The notes under the pieces: model-generated
Databases searched by the model: none
What the model saw: only the letters and a program-made list of their open reading frames with translations
Told to the model about the DNA's origin: nothing
DNA from: Hormiphora californensis
Lineage: Eukaryota > Animalia > Ctenophora
Assembly: GCA_020137815.1 (NCBI GenBank)
Contig: CM035361.1
Location: 2,418,001-2,482,000, forward strand
Length of the DNA: 64,000 nucleotides
Direction of reading: 5' to 3'
Part shown: one piece after another, positions 51,263-63,837 of the stretch
Position numbering within the stretch: the stretch's first letter is position 1
Layout: each line of letters begins with the position of its first letter
Program-made: the position numbers and the translations under genes

Positions 51263-53149
51263 CTAATAATAATAATAATAATAATAATTCATGACATTTA
51301 ATATACCGCTTAATAGTGTTTAAAATAAATGGCTTGCTACTGATTCAATCAGATCGATGCTACACCATTTACCACTTTCTAAAGCGGTCCAAGAAAGGGC
51401 CAGTGGTAAAGGAGAGCCAATAACATATTTTTAACGCTCAGTCAAGATAACATCAACATACTATGTATTAGTAAGAGAATATGCTATGATGATTATTTAT
51501 AAATTAAGTAAATAAATTAATTTGATTGATAGAATTCGATTAAAAAGAGTGCAATCATATTAATTAATTGAATAAGTAATAAAGACATAATATAATACTA
51601 TTCATATTAAGAGAGATAAGTTAATTGTTATAGACTATTATTAAGTATAGGTGAGTAAGTGAATGTGTTGGTGAGTGATGGACATGTATGGGTAGTGGAG
51701 ATGTGGGTGTTGGTATAGAACTGAGGTAAGTACGATTTAATGTATCATATAAAATATATAATCTGTATATATAATAAAAAAATACGTGCACATTGTTACA
51801 GAAACAGTATACAGAATCAATACATGAGTCATGCATAGAAACAGCATACAGTAGTAAACAGTTTACAGGGAGAACAGTTTACATGGATAACAGTGTACAA
51901 GAGTGATAAAAATATTAGTGATAGTAAAAAAACAGTTAATAATTAAAATTCAGATGTTCACTGACCCTGGTAGTGATCACTGTATAAAATATCACCGATA
52001 ATGAGAGACACTTAGCAATAAGCTTTCTTAAAGAGGTAAGTTTTAAGTTGCTGTTTAAACACATCGACAGATTCACTTTCTCGCAGGGTTTTCGGCAACT
52101 CATTCCACAATTTAGGTGCACTAATACTAAAGGCTCTACTAGTGGATGTGTACTTGTGTGTGTATGGTTTGTGGAGGAGTGTGCTATCCTCGTCTGCCCT
52201 GACTACCTTGACCTTTGGCTTCCGGAGGGGGATGAGGTTGGAGATGTAGGGGGGAGCCATTCCATTGATGGATTTGTATGTTAGTAAGCAGATTTTGAAG
52301 ATGATTCTGCTTTTGATCGGAAGGAAGTGTAGGTCTTTCCGCATCTGGGTCACTCCTCTCCTCTTTCTTGTTCCATAGACGAACCGTACAGCACTGTTTT
52401 GGACCTTTTGGAGGCGGTTTAAATCAGATTCTGTGGCACCATAGAGTAGGGCATTTCCATAGTCTAGGCGAGAGTGTATTAACGAATGCACTAGCTTGAT
52501 TTTCAGTTGCCTGGGAAGTTTTCTAGCTATCCTCCACAGATTCAGAAGTTGCATATTACATGCTTGGACAATTTTCGATATATGGCTTGCCATTGAGAGG
52601 GTGGGATCGAGCCAAATACCGAGATTACGGGCACTTGTCGTTGATTCGATTTCCGTAGACTGTACAATTGGACTTTCGTCTTTTTCAATCACTAATCCAG
52701 TTGGCCCAGGAGTGCGGTCGGCTTTGTGGTTGAGTATCAGAATTTCCGTTTTACTGGCATTTAGCTTGAGGTAGTTTTGCTTCATCCATTGCTTAATGTC
52801 ACTGATACAATTTTGTAATTTATCCACAACAAAGTCAAAGGTTTCCGGCCTAAAACTAGTATAGATCTGGGTGTCGTCAGCGAAGAGGTGAATGTTAAGA
52901 CCATGCTTTTCCGCAATCGACTGGAGCTCTTTGGTATACATAATGAAGAGAATAGGCCCTAGGATGCTACCCTGCGGCACACCAATATCCACCTCTATCG
53001 ATCTTGATCGTGCATCTCCAATTTGTACCGAGGTGGACCGACCTGTGAGATATGATTTGAACCAGGCGAGAGCAGTATCTTCTATTCCGTAGTCCGTCCG
53101 CATCTTCTTTAGTAGTTTGCTGTGTTGAACTGTGTCAAATGCTGCAGAT

Positions 53150-53533
53150 AAGGAACCATAATAAAGTTCAAGAGCCTCCAAGAGCACCCAAGAGCGCACC
53201 CTATCGAAGAGAGACCACACCTGAGAGCGCACCATACCCAAAAGAGACCACATCCAAGAGCGCACCACCTCCAGAAGACACCACTTCAAGAGCGCACCAC
53301 ATCAAAGAGAGCTCCCCATCCAGAAGATACCACGCGCAGGGGACACCACGCGCAGAAGAGACCAGCGCGGCGTTGTATTTGCGCGTGCGGTATCTTCTGC
53401 GCGTGGTGTCCCCTGCGCGCGGTATCTTCTGGATGGGGAGCTCTCTTTGATGTGGTGCGCTCTCGGAGTGGTGTCTTTTGGAGGTGGTACGCTCTTGGAT
53501 GGGGTGCGCTCTTGAACTTTATTATGGTTCCTT
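53150..53533. mobile_element. MITE AAGGAACCATAATAAAGTTCAAGAG with AT TSD (or no TSD) inside the L2 RT
   Basis: Perfect TIRs of at least 25 bp, extended by imperfect arms; excision restores codons L-D-L-S-A-A-F. Confidence 0.9.
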
Positions 53534-53565
53534 ATAGGTCCAGCAGTAGTAGCACAGCCTTTGAC

Positions 53566-53873
53566 CAGGGGCGGTGCGCGGCTCTCAGCCGCCCTGGTCA
53601 AAATGCGGCCGAAACATTTTTAACTCGCGCGTTCCGTCGAAATACCCAATGCGGATGGTCCGCATTGGCTATTTTGACGTAGCGCACCGATCAAAAAAAT
53701 ACTGCGACGGCAAAAAAACCTGTGTGGCGCGCGGATTTCACTAAAAATCTCATTTGAAACATCAAATTTTGAGAAAAATTGACCCTTTTCCTTGAATTTT
53801 TTCTTTTTCTCTCTGTGATCCAAAGTAAAAATGCGGACGCGTCCGCATCGTCCGCATGGCAGAGCCGCCCCTG
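53566..53873. mobile_element. hAT MITE, 8-bp TSD CCTTTGAC, inside the L2 RT
   Basis: CAGGGGCGG...CCGCCCCTG ends; excision restores DKKSKAVLLLLDL. Confidence 0.93.
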
Positions 53874-54575
53874 CCTTTGACTTCTTATCAAGCAGTAGCA
53901 GAAGATCGTTAACAACTTTTAGTGTTGCAGTCTCACAACTATGGTGTTTGCGGTAAGCAGATTGAACTCCCGATAGCAACTGATGGCTCTCTAAATGCTC
54001 GGTCAACTGTAAAGATACACATTTCTCAATGATCTTCTCAATGATCTTGGCAGTAGGTGACATCAAATAATAGGGTTTACGTTGATAATTGGCCAAAAGT
54101 TGACCACATTTTTCTCCCAGACCGTCCCCCCCCCCTTTGGCCTTAATTCGGTGCAAATAAGCCACCGTAAGGGATAGCAGCGCACGCGAAGAGATCAAAA
54201 AAAAGAAATTTCAAAATTTGGGAATTTTTGAAACTGGGCAGAATTTTTAAAAATGAATTTATTTCAATTTTGCGCGCGTTGCAATTTGAGAAACTGTGTC
54301 GCGCCGCGCAGCTTATGTGTCATCTTTGTCGCGTATTCCAACCATGACGATAAATTTGATTTAAGCTCGTCCCTCATTCTGAAACCTTTGACTTCTGCCT
54401 TCCGAAATAACTTCTCTGGGCAGTGGAGAGTGGAGATTTTTGACAAATCAATAAACTCAGTTTCCAAAACAAAAATAAACATCACTTTTCCAATTCCATA
54501 CACAGACGATTTCATTTTCAATTCATTTTCAATTCCAAATTCAATGAACAAAAAATAAAATATCAGTAGAACTAG

Positions 54576-54729
54576 GGTAGGCGGTAAATGTTATAACATT
54601 TACCGCCTACCCTAGTTCTACTGATATTTAACATGTTAACCAGATTTTGCAAATTGGTCGAGAAATGGCTGAGTTATGGACAAAAACGTGCGAAATTCTC
54701 ACAGATCTGGTTAACATTTACCGCCTACC
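54576..54729. mobile_element. MITE GGTAGGCGG...CCGCCTACC with 9-bp TSD TAGAACTAG (Merlin/Mutator-like)
   Basis: TSD at 54567-54575 and 54730-54738; left TIR disrupted by an inverted duplication. Confidence 0.8.
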
Positions 54730-55048
54730 TAGAACTAGACTTAGACCATGAGTAAGGGGTGGACTTCTTACAGTCTTACACACCAACAATAGCCTTGGAC
54801 ACTGGTTAAACTTGTTGTAGCAAAAACGTGATCTATCAATTCCTGAATCAGACAGAATGGATTTAAATTAAATGAAAATATTCACGAAGCTCAACATTCA
54901 ATATCCCACTATCGACAACTTCATATCAGTGACACCATGCAGTGTCTCAAAATCCTGCCCTTCTAAACAAATTGTAGTGTAGAGCAGTCCTTCTAAACAA
55001 ATTGTAGTGTAGAGCAGTGAGGAAGTGACAATTCTCTGTCCCGTACTG

Positions 55049-58000
55049 TTAATCCGAATCAAATGGGTTTGTAGGAGCTTTATTAGTTTTAGCTGCAGGT
55101 GGTGGTGGTGCTCTCTTTTTCTTAGCCCCTCCTCCGGGAGGGGGACGAGGGTCGTCAAATGGGTTCGTCCCTGGCCTTCCTCCCTTCCCAGGAGGTACAG
55201 GGGCACGTCCTGTATGAGAGAGGGGGCGGTGGTCACGGTGCAGATCAGAGTAAGGGAGGAAGACACATTTCAAGAGAAGGAGAAAAATATGATTCGCTTA
55301 CAACGTGACATGTAAATTACTGCTTTACAATTAATTACAATGATTCAGTTACAATGTACCCGTTTAGTAGCAAGGTCTAATAACCGTGTCTTCTAGATAC
55401 TGAACCTAATAAATAGTTGTCTTGCTCTCTCTCGCATAACGAGTTGTATTTCAAAGCAGAGAAAGAACTCTATACCTTTCATTTCCCTAGTGGTTGGTTC
55501 ATCACCAAAAGGATTGGTTCCTGTAGGCTCGTCGAATGGGTTGGTCCTCTCCCCACCATACCCTCCTTGGTCAGAATAATCTAACTTCCGGGGGGTCATT
55601 ATCTCCTCCTTTGCCTAGTGAGGGAGGGGTATTAGATAATCTAATATCTAACTAAATGTTAATTTTGGTAAGAGGAAATTGCTGGTGACATGATATAGGG
55701 TGACCATTCCCCTCACATGACATTATTTACCTGTGTTAGAGAATTGTTGAGTGCGTTAATAACAGGACTGGCAGCAAGAGAAATATTGTTGAACTTGCTC
55801 CCCAGCTTACTTATCTGACTAGTCGTCGTGGCTGTGGCACCTGTAGGAAATAGGTGTGTTTTAGCTGATCTGGAGGAAGTCAGATCAACTTGCCGGGGGA
55901 ATTACGCTCCAGTTGCAGATTGGAAATTGACACCAGGCTGCAGAAAACTGACACCAGTAGTTAGCTGGGAGACCCCTGGTGAACCATGCTGTGCACGATG
56001 TGGGAAAACACACTATAAAACAAAGGAAACACAGGGGTTCTCGAAGTGCCAAGTAATAGATAGATAAATAAAAGCAATCCGAGAGATCTCTTCAGAGGGC
56101 ACCACAACGCAGCAGTTCCAGCCCAATACAGAGAATCAAAACGTCAGTGGATCTTGCCGTTCGAGAAGTGAGGCTCCTCTCCGTCTGGCCTCACGGGGGC
56201 GAGATATCACGTGTCCTCTTCTCTGATCCTCATTGGCTAGGCTCTCCCTCGTCATCGGGTCACATGGGGTGGTCACGTGGAAAGCAGACAAACGCTATCA
56301 CTCTTCGGGACTAAATTAAATAAGAGCCGCGCCGCACTATCTCTCTCTCTCTCCCTCTCTCTCACTCTCTCCCTCTCTCCCTGGGAGAGAAGGATCTAGA
56401 ATGAAAGGGGAAGGAAAGCAGACGAAAGAGGGGAAGGGAGTGAGAGAGAGAGAGATAGAGTTAGCATGCAGTGCTAAAAGCTATAATGTATCTCTCTTTC
56501 TCTCCCCTGGCCCTAGCATGGTATTGACTGATGTCAAGTCAATACCATATTTACGACAACGACATCTTCGATGACTAGCAAGGATTTCGATGTGAATTGC
56601 ATTGAAAGTAGGCGCACCCGCAGTGTCAGCAGCATAGTAATTCTCTGGGATCAAGAAACTGGCTCCAGTAGTCAAATCTCTAACTGGGGCCTATAGCTTA
56701 AGGTAAATATTCTAAAATCATTATCATTTTCAAACCTCTCATCCCAGGTGCCACCACAGTTTGGAAGAATCGAGATGCAAGAGGACCTGTAACATCAGCA
56801 ACATCACTGAATATTGTTCTTCTGGATCCCCCACCGCCATGCTCCTCGGTCACACCACTATTAACTAGTTCTGTCCTGGGGAGAGAGAGGGAATGTTACA
56901 GGATCAGTAACCCCACAATTAGCTAGTTCTGTCCCGGAGAGAGAGAGAGAATGTTACAGGATCTGTCAGGCCAATGCTCTGACCGCAGTTCTTGCGTGCT
57001 CCGCTCAGGCCAATGCTCTGACAGGGATCTCTTGAACTATCCCTTCTTTACATCTATTATTTCAAATATATATTGCCACTTCCTCTCTAACTCACCGGAT
57101 CTCACCACCCCCCCCCCCGCCACAGAGCGGTGTTATGATCTCTAACTCACCGGATCTCATCACGACTCATATCACCTCGGAGAGCCAGGATGGCAACACA
57201 TTGATCGTATCGGATATCAGGGTATTCCTTCACAAAGGCTGCTAAATCCAAAGCCAATTCTAAATCCTTAGTGTCAGATACTATCTCAGCAATAGATTTC
57301 AGACATCCGTACTCCGCTGTTAGGGTTGGGAGGGTAAAGTTGGATAATAACAGAGGGAGAAAGATAGTTATTCTTTAGTTTAGTACAACTAACGGGTGGG
57401 CAGGTCGTATAGAAAACTGATCTGACGTTCCGGGTCAACCTACGTAGTTTGATGGACAGGGGAATCTTTTCTTGGAATGCAGCAACTATCTGATCGTGCT
57501 CACCCATCAGCATTGTTCCGAACTCATCGGCAGTTACAGAGAGGGATTTAGTCTGAAAACAGAGAGGGATTTAGTTTGAAAACAGAGAGGGATTTAGTCT
57601 GAAAAGAGAGAGGGATTTAGTTTGAAAACAGAGAGGGATTTAGTCTAAAAACAGAGAGTGATTTAGTCTGAAAACAGAGAGGGATTTAGTTTGAAAACAG
57701 AGAGGGATTTAGTCTGAAAACATAGAGGGATTTAGTCTAAAAACAGAGAGTGATTTAGTCTGAAAACAGAGAGGGATTTAGTCTGAAAACAGAGAGGGAT
57801 TTGGTCTGAAAACAGAGAGGGATTTGGTCTGAAAACAGAGAGGGATTTAGTCTAAAAACAGAGAGTGATTTAGTCTGAAAACAGAGAGGGATTTAGTCTG
57901 AAAACAGAGAGGGATTTAGTCTGAAAATTTGTGGATATTTTTGCCCATTTTTGGCTAATGTGAAAAAACAGCCATGACTACAATCTATTTATTGATGTCT

Positions 58001-60714
58001 AATATTGATGTCTAATATTGATATGTCTAATAACTACCTGGAAGAGTTGATAGAGGTACTGCTTCAGAAGGTCCTCAGCAATCACTTCCATAACCATAAT
58101 ATCACCTGGCGGAGGAGGAAATTAAAAAGTGATTAATGTTAATACTAAATAATTGATATTACTGACCAATTTAATTACCTAACTACCCAATTAACTTACC
58201 AGGTGGCTCAATTAGCGCGAAATCATACTGGTAGTACTCGATGATGGTTTTCAGACATGATGCGAGATGTCTCTTGTCTCTCCACTCTGCAGTCAGTAAC
58301 ATTGGAAGAAGGGTCTGAAGGACAGAGAACACTTCGTTCGACAATAACCGGCAGATTGGGTCTGAGAGAGAGAGAGATGCCATTATATTAACAGTCTTAT
58401 AATAGTGTACTTATGAGTTGACAGGAAGAAGAAGTATTTATTATTTACCTAAGAATTCTCTTTCAAAAAGTTCACTTTTTGTTTCCAAAATCCGAAGAAT
58501 CGGAAGACCTGAGATGTCTTTGTCCTTTGATTTCTCCAAATAATTTATCAAATCTGAAACAGTAGTACAGTAGTAGAAACGGTAGTAGAAACAGTATTAC
58601 CAGTATTACTCTGTCTGGCGCCGCGACCCCATCTGAGCGCACTATCACACGCTCAGATTAGATTTGAGAATCAAATCGGGGTATGGCGCCGCCATATACA
58701 GGTATTACTAGTATTACCTATTACGGGTTATCGAATTCATTTCTTAAATCCTAACATTCAGTTTACCATTGTTAAGTTTGGTGCACTTTATGGCATTATT
58801 AGCTGATGCTATCAACCATTCCACGTACTTCTCCCTCCTTTTCTCTCTGTCCTCATCGGTCTCCTCTTCTACTGGGGCGAGGTAATCGATCTGAGAGAAG
58901 GAGTTGTAACTTGACAAAGAAACAAAGAAACAAAGAAACAAACAAATAAACAAACAAAGAAAAAAAGAAACAAACAAAGAAACAACCAACCAACCAAACA
59001 AACAAACAAACAAACTAACTAACAAACAAACAGCACACCTTGTATTGTTGAACACCCTTTAGATAAGTTTTCCTAAACTCGTCAATAACATCGTGAACAG
59101 TGGCCAGCACCATTTGTAACTGAAATTAATTGTAAATAATTAACTGATTATTTACTGATTTATCATTTGTGATTATCATGTGTGAGCGTGAGTGTTTTAC
59201 TTGTTTGAATAATAAACCAAAAACATCATGTGAAATTGAAAGGCAGGAAAAATAAAATTAACAAAAAGTTGGTTAAAATCCTTAAAACATTAAATTTCGA
59301 ATTTAAGACATGAAAAACAATTTAACATTACCAGAAACCCAACACCTGATCATTGATTTAATTTCATTCCAAAATCTTAAAACTATTACTGTCTAAACAA
59401 ACAACACGCCGATATTAACAATCTGAAAGATCCAGAGGACTCGACATGGTAAAATAAAAGCAGCCATGGTCGCGGTAACATTGCAAACACCCAGTAAAAT
59501 TGCAATAAACGTTTCCTCTAAATCAATAGTAGGGAACATTTCAGAAACCACTCTAGATCTAATTACATTCCTCTTTAATTCTGATTCCAATGCACACTTC
59601 TTCAAATGCAAGTTAAACATCTTGCTGTTCGGAGCGGCCACTGCTGTCGTGCATTGAAGGAGGTTGGCAATGCTTTCTGGGATGGTTTTGGGTTGCCTTC
59701 TCCTCCACATTGAGAGGTGAACTATTTTGCGGAGTGAGTTAGCTGTATTTAGTCCTAGATAACTGATAGCAAATGCCACGCTGATAGCACACCGGTGAGT
59801 TGTCTGACGAGGCGGTGGTGTGGTTGCCATGGTTACTGCCTCCCAGATGCAGTAGAATAGAGCTGCCAGATTGAGAAGGAATGCGCTGATTAGCACCAGA
59901 AGCCGGGATGTTGGCTGGGCTGGAGGTGGGTGGTGGTATAGCATATCTGGTAGTTTAGAGGGGTAAATAATGACACATACTGTACAAAATATTAGCAGCT
60001 GGCAGGTTAATAATACCCAGTTGACAAAAGCTGTCCTTAGCAACTAAACTCTACAACTTGACAACGGCTAACATCATACAACAAGGTTACATTCTAAAGA
60101 AAAACGATTATTTTCGCTATTCTATTATATTATTTCGCCGCTTCAAAACATATAGTTATACACGCAGACTGTTACTTAAAACTACATACACATATAATAA
60201 AGGTTTCTCTCGCTCTCTTTTCCTCTCTCTCTCTCTGGGCTCCACAGTTAAAGTAACGAGTTAATTCAACAGTCACGATACAGATAATGAATTGTATATC
60301 AAGAGCTTTAGTTATACTGGAATAGTTCATACCTACCATTATATAGGCCCATCAAACGAAGATATTTCGACAAACAAACACAAGATACATTATGTGACAC
60401 AGGATTCGTGATGGGAGTTAGGAAAACCAAGATGTGCTAATTGGTAGTATAAAATCAAAATTGCAACTCAGCATCCCAGTCCAAACTCAGCAACCAGCAT
60501 CCGTGTTTTTTAAATAGACGTAATCTCTCCAAGTTGCACTCAACAGCTGTTATTGTCTGCTGCCATTGTTTCCTGTCTAGTCTTTGTGTGGGCTCTCTCT
60601 AGAGGGAGAAGAGAAAGCTCTCTTTCTTTCTCTCCTTCTCTCCTAGAGAGCGTCCTGAAGCTCTCTCTCGCGAGTCTCTCTCTCTCGCTCGCTCTCTCCC
60701 GCTCTCTCTCTCTC

Positions 60715-60795
<81 letters not shown>

Positions 60796-63700
60796 GACCA
60801 CATTCAACCTCTGAATCATCGTTAAACAACGACCTTAGGACACGGCCACTAAAACAGCAGCGTTACAAAAAGACACGCTTTGTGAGCACTAAACATTTTA
60901 CAATAACACCACTCAGCACCATAACGGCCCTAAATGTACCGCGTGCCTTAAACTTATCGCGTACTGCCATTAGAATGGTTCCAGGTACCCACCCCCCTCC
61001 CCCGATAGGGTTCACAAGATTGGGTTGGGGATGACAGATATTATGACGTTTACAATCTTTATTACAGGATGACAGTGAACTGTTTGAGTCGAGTTCTGTA
61101 AATACACATTTGGGTGACAAGTCCCATGTTTACTACAAGACAGTTGTTGTGCATGCTAGGAACGATGAAGACGTAAAAACATAAAAACACCCAAATAATA
61201 TGGTAACTATTATAGTACCGTGGTGCAAATACATCGTTAATCAGCTATACAAATGAACAAATAAACAAACACGTGTGTTACGTTATGTCAAATGTCAATT
61301 GGGGGAGTGCCAAACACACGTGAGAGAGTTGCACAATATCTAACACAATTAGAGTACCCTAAATAACAACCAAAGCTACAAGCTGAGAGAAATACAGTTG
61401 CAAAACAAATTTGTAAATTATTGATTGGGAAAATATACTTCCCCCGCCTTGAAAATAAAAAAAGGCACGTACTAACTAAATTGGATTAGGGAGAGAGTTT
61501 GGTACAATAACTAGGGAGGGAGAGGAGAGTTTGTTACAATAACTAGGGAGAGAGAGAGTTACTAAACTTACATCTGATAGATTAGGAAGGGTAACAACTA
61601 GTTTGATGTTCTGATCCAACATTTCATAGAATATAACAGGGGTAGATGTATAGAAAATAGCCCGGTCATCATTCGTTCGTTCCGGTGACTTAGTGGACCT
61701 GGAAATACAGATATAATATCGGATATATTAATAATAAGGAGCTGAATTATAGGGGGGGAATTCCTAAAACTTCGAGAAGAAGGACTATACTATGAAATCT
61801 AGGTATGAAGAATCAAAATCAGACAATTAGAAAACAAATGTATCACATCAGGGAGCGGGGGTGGGGGGGGGGCAGCCCATGCAGCCGGGGGGGGGGGGGG
61901 TGGGGGCAGCCCATGCAGCCCATGCAGGGGGATGCAGCCCGTACCTGATCTCATCCTCCTGCTGGAGAATCTTCTTACTCTGACTATCCAGCTCACTTTT
62001 CAGTTTCACATTGTATGCTTTTACTAATCCATCCACACTGAAACGCAACTTGTTCAGTGCATCTCTTTACGACGTGTATTTGTAATACAGTGTACAGATC
62101 ACCGTTAGTATACTGTATGAAGTTTTTAAGTTGTGATGTAGACAAATAAACTCAAATAATTACTGCTTAATCTGGTATGACTTACTTATCCGGGGTTAGC
62201 ACACCATGTCCCTCCCAGCCGTGGTTTGATAACATGGTATTAATCTCTGAAGTCCTGTAGAGGTAACCATGGTAACTATGGTAACTATGAGAATTCATAT
62301 CTCTTTACGAATAATTTAAATAAAACTAACCAGTTGTAAACTACAATGTAACTGCTGGAAGGCATCTTGTTGGCTGATCCAATCATCTCGATTATCGAAC
62401 GGAACCTTTTACCAATACTTTTCTGAAAGATAGATCTGTTATTATAAAGTGTCATTGGCAAAGGAAGTCATTTCAAGGAAAACATTGTCGGCTGTCGCAT
62501 AGTGCAGTGTCACACACATTGTCACAATATATCTCTTACATGGTATGCCTTGATGAACATCTGGATGACATTCCAAGATGGCGGAAAGCACTGTCTTAAC
62601 CTCTCACTAATATCTCGTAAGTCTGCATTTAGAACCCGCTTTAGTTTCCCCGCAAACCGAGTCATCCACTGAGCGTCAACTGCCTTTTCTTTTTCTGCTT
62701 CCCTCCATATTTCTAGTGAAAATGGTTGGAGTGGTTTTAGAGGGGGTTTTAGAGGGGGTTTTAGAGTGGTTTAGGGTGGTTTAGATCTATGTAGTATTTT
62801 TCACGTACATACGCCAGAAAGGAGTTTAGGGGGGTGCGACATGTTAATTTTGTTAACTTTGTTAATATTAACATCGAGAAAACAGGTGATTTATTAACAA
62901 AATTAACAAAAAGTTAACAAACGTTAACAAATGCCATTTATGCTATCTAAATCACCTTTAGCGCGTGTTTTTGGTATTTAACACTTGTTCTGCGAGCAAA
63001 GTTGTTCCTTTTGCACGATTTGCACACTCCTACTAACCTCTACTACGGCTTTTCTACAGCGATTTGTTCCATTGTGTAAATTTTTAAAAAAAACTAGCCA
63101 AACTAAACCGCAATTGAAGTCAATTGACCCTAATCCACCTTTTTTAAACCCTAAAAACTAATTAAGACTCATGAATTTACCATAAAACAAAAATATCCCA
63201 AAAATCAATTTTTCTAAAAAACACAAGGATTTGTAGCGAAGCAAATTTTCAATGTTTGACCAAAAAATTGATTTTGGAAATATTTTGTTTCTTTTTCCGA
63301 CAGAAACGTTGTACATCATCTTCTTTCGTTCAAAGAATCGATTATCGATGAAAAAATCACGTTAAAGTGAGATTTTATACGCTAAATTGAAATATTTGTA
63401 ACTTTTGGATTTTTCCGATTTTGAGCCAAAAAACATGTATGTCGGACTTTGGTTATCGGAAGAGGCCTTGTTTGGGTATATATGTGTTAGAAAAGTCATT
63501 AAACTATAAAATTAAACCAGTTAAAGTCGTATTATCAACCAATAAGAACAGTTTTTGCTGATTTGTTAACTTTGTTAATTTTGTTAATTAACGTTAATTA
63601 ACAAAATCGAAAAAAAGAGGTGATTTATTAACAATTAACATGTCGCCCCCCCCCCCCCCCCGGAGTTTATCATAACTATCATTTCAGTACCTGTTATGTG

Positions 63701-63837
63701 CATCTCCACCGCCTTCCCTATCACAATCTCAGCTTCAGATTTCCACTTTTTAGGTCGTGCAGGATACTTCCTGTTTAAAAGTGCAGGGTCCTGGAGAGCA
63801 GTAGTGTCCGCTAGACACGGTTTATCTCTGTTCTCCT
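55049..63837 (-). CDS. EXOC3: Exocyst complex component 3 (Sec6), 5'-partial, with extended NPF-rich C-terminus
   Basis: PARPKKWK; QCFPPSWNVIQMFIKAYH; FYTSTPVIFYEMLDQNI; YVEWLIASANN; LLTAEW..TIIEYYQYDF; YPDIRYDQCVAILALRGD follow the order of Sec6 motifs. Confidence 0.9.
57537..57927 (-). repeat. 23-bp minisatellite (~17 units) spanning an EXOC3 acceptor
   Basis: Minus-strand unit TTTTCAG|ACTAAATCCCTCTCTG. Confidence 0.95.
58611..58701. mobile_element. Short CTGT...ACAG MITE, 8-bp TSD GTATTACT
   Basis: Same ends as 11491-11799. Confidence 0.85.
59393..60043 (-). CDS. Candidate nested multi-pass membrane protein ORF (216 codons) in an EXOC3 intron
   Basis: Long non-repetitive ORF with 4-5 hydrophobic segments, preceded by TTTAG; no family recognised and no initial ATG. 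Confidence 0.45.
   Translation of the reverse strand: MLRTAFVNWVLLTCQLLIFCTVCVIIYPSKLPDMLYHHPPPAQPTSRLLVLISAFLLNLAALFYCIWEAVTMATTPPPRQTTHRCAISVAFAISYLGLNTANSLRKIVHLSMWRRRQPKTIPESIANLLQCTTAVAAPNSKMFNLHLKKCALESELKRNVIRSRVVSEMFPTIDLEETFIAILLGVCNVTATMAAFILPCRVLWIFQIVNIGVLFV
62829..63661. mobile_element. Non-autonomous TIR element, 8-bp TSD GGAGTTTA
   Basis: GGGGGGTGCGACATGTTAATT...AATTAACATGTCGCCCCCCC ends; subterminal TGTTAA/TTAACA repeats; TSD at 62821-62828 and 63662-63669. Confidence 0.88.

Larger units (their letters stand above)
51265..54049 (-). mobile_element. 5'-truncated L2-clade LINE (RT, 3' UTR, (ATT)n tail) interrupted by two MITEs
   Basis: QSAYRKHHSCETA, LLDLSAAFDTV (after MITE removal), GVPQGSILGP, FADDTQIY, SRLDYGN, FKQQLKTYLF. 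Confidence 0.93.

Noticed and set aside
52012-53289. Intact 425-aa RT with a novel N-terminus
   Set aside because: The N-terminal ~46 residues are read from the inserted MITE; the LINE is truncated and disrupted.
57537-57927. CRISPR-like array (also 38737-39062 and 24488-24627)
   Set aside because: Head-to-tail units with no unique spacers, no cas genes and a eukaryotic context.
62730-62785. Interstitial telomeric repeat
   Set aside because: 13-bp GGTTTTAGAGGGG units, not a (TTAGGG)n array.
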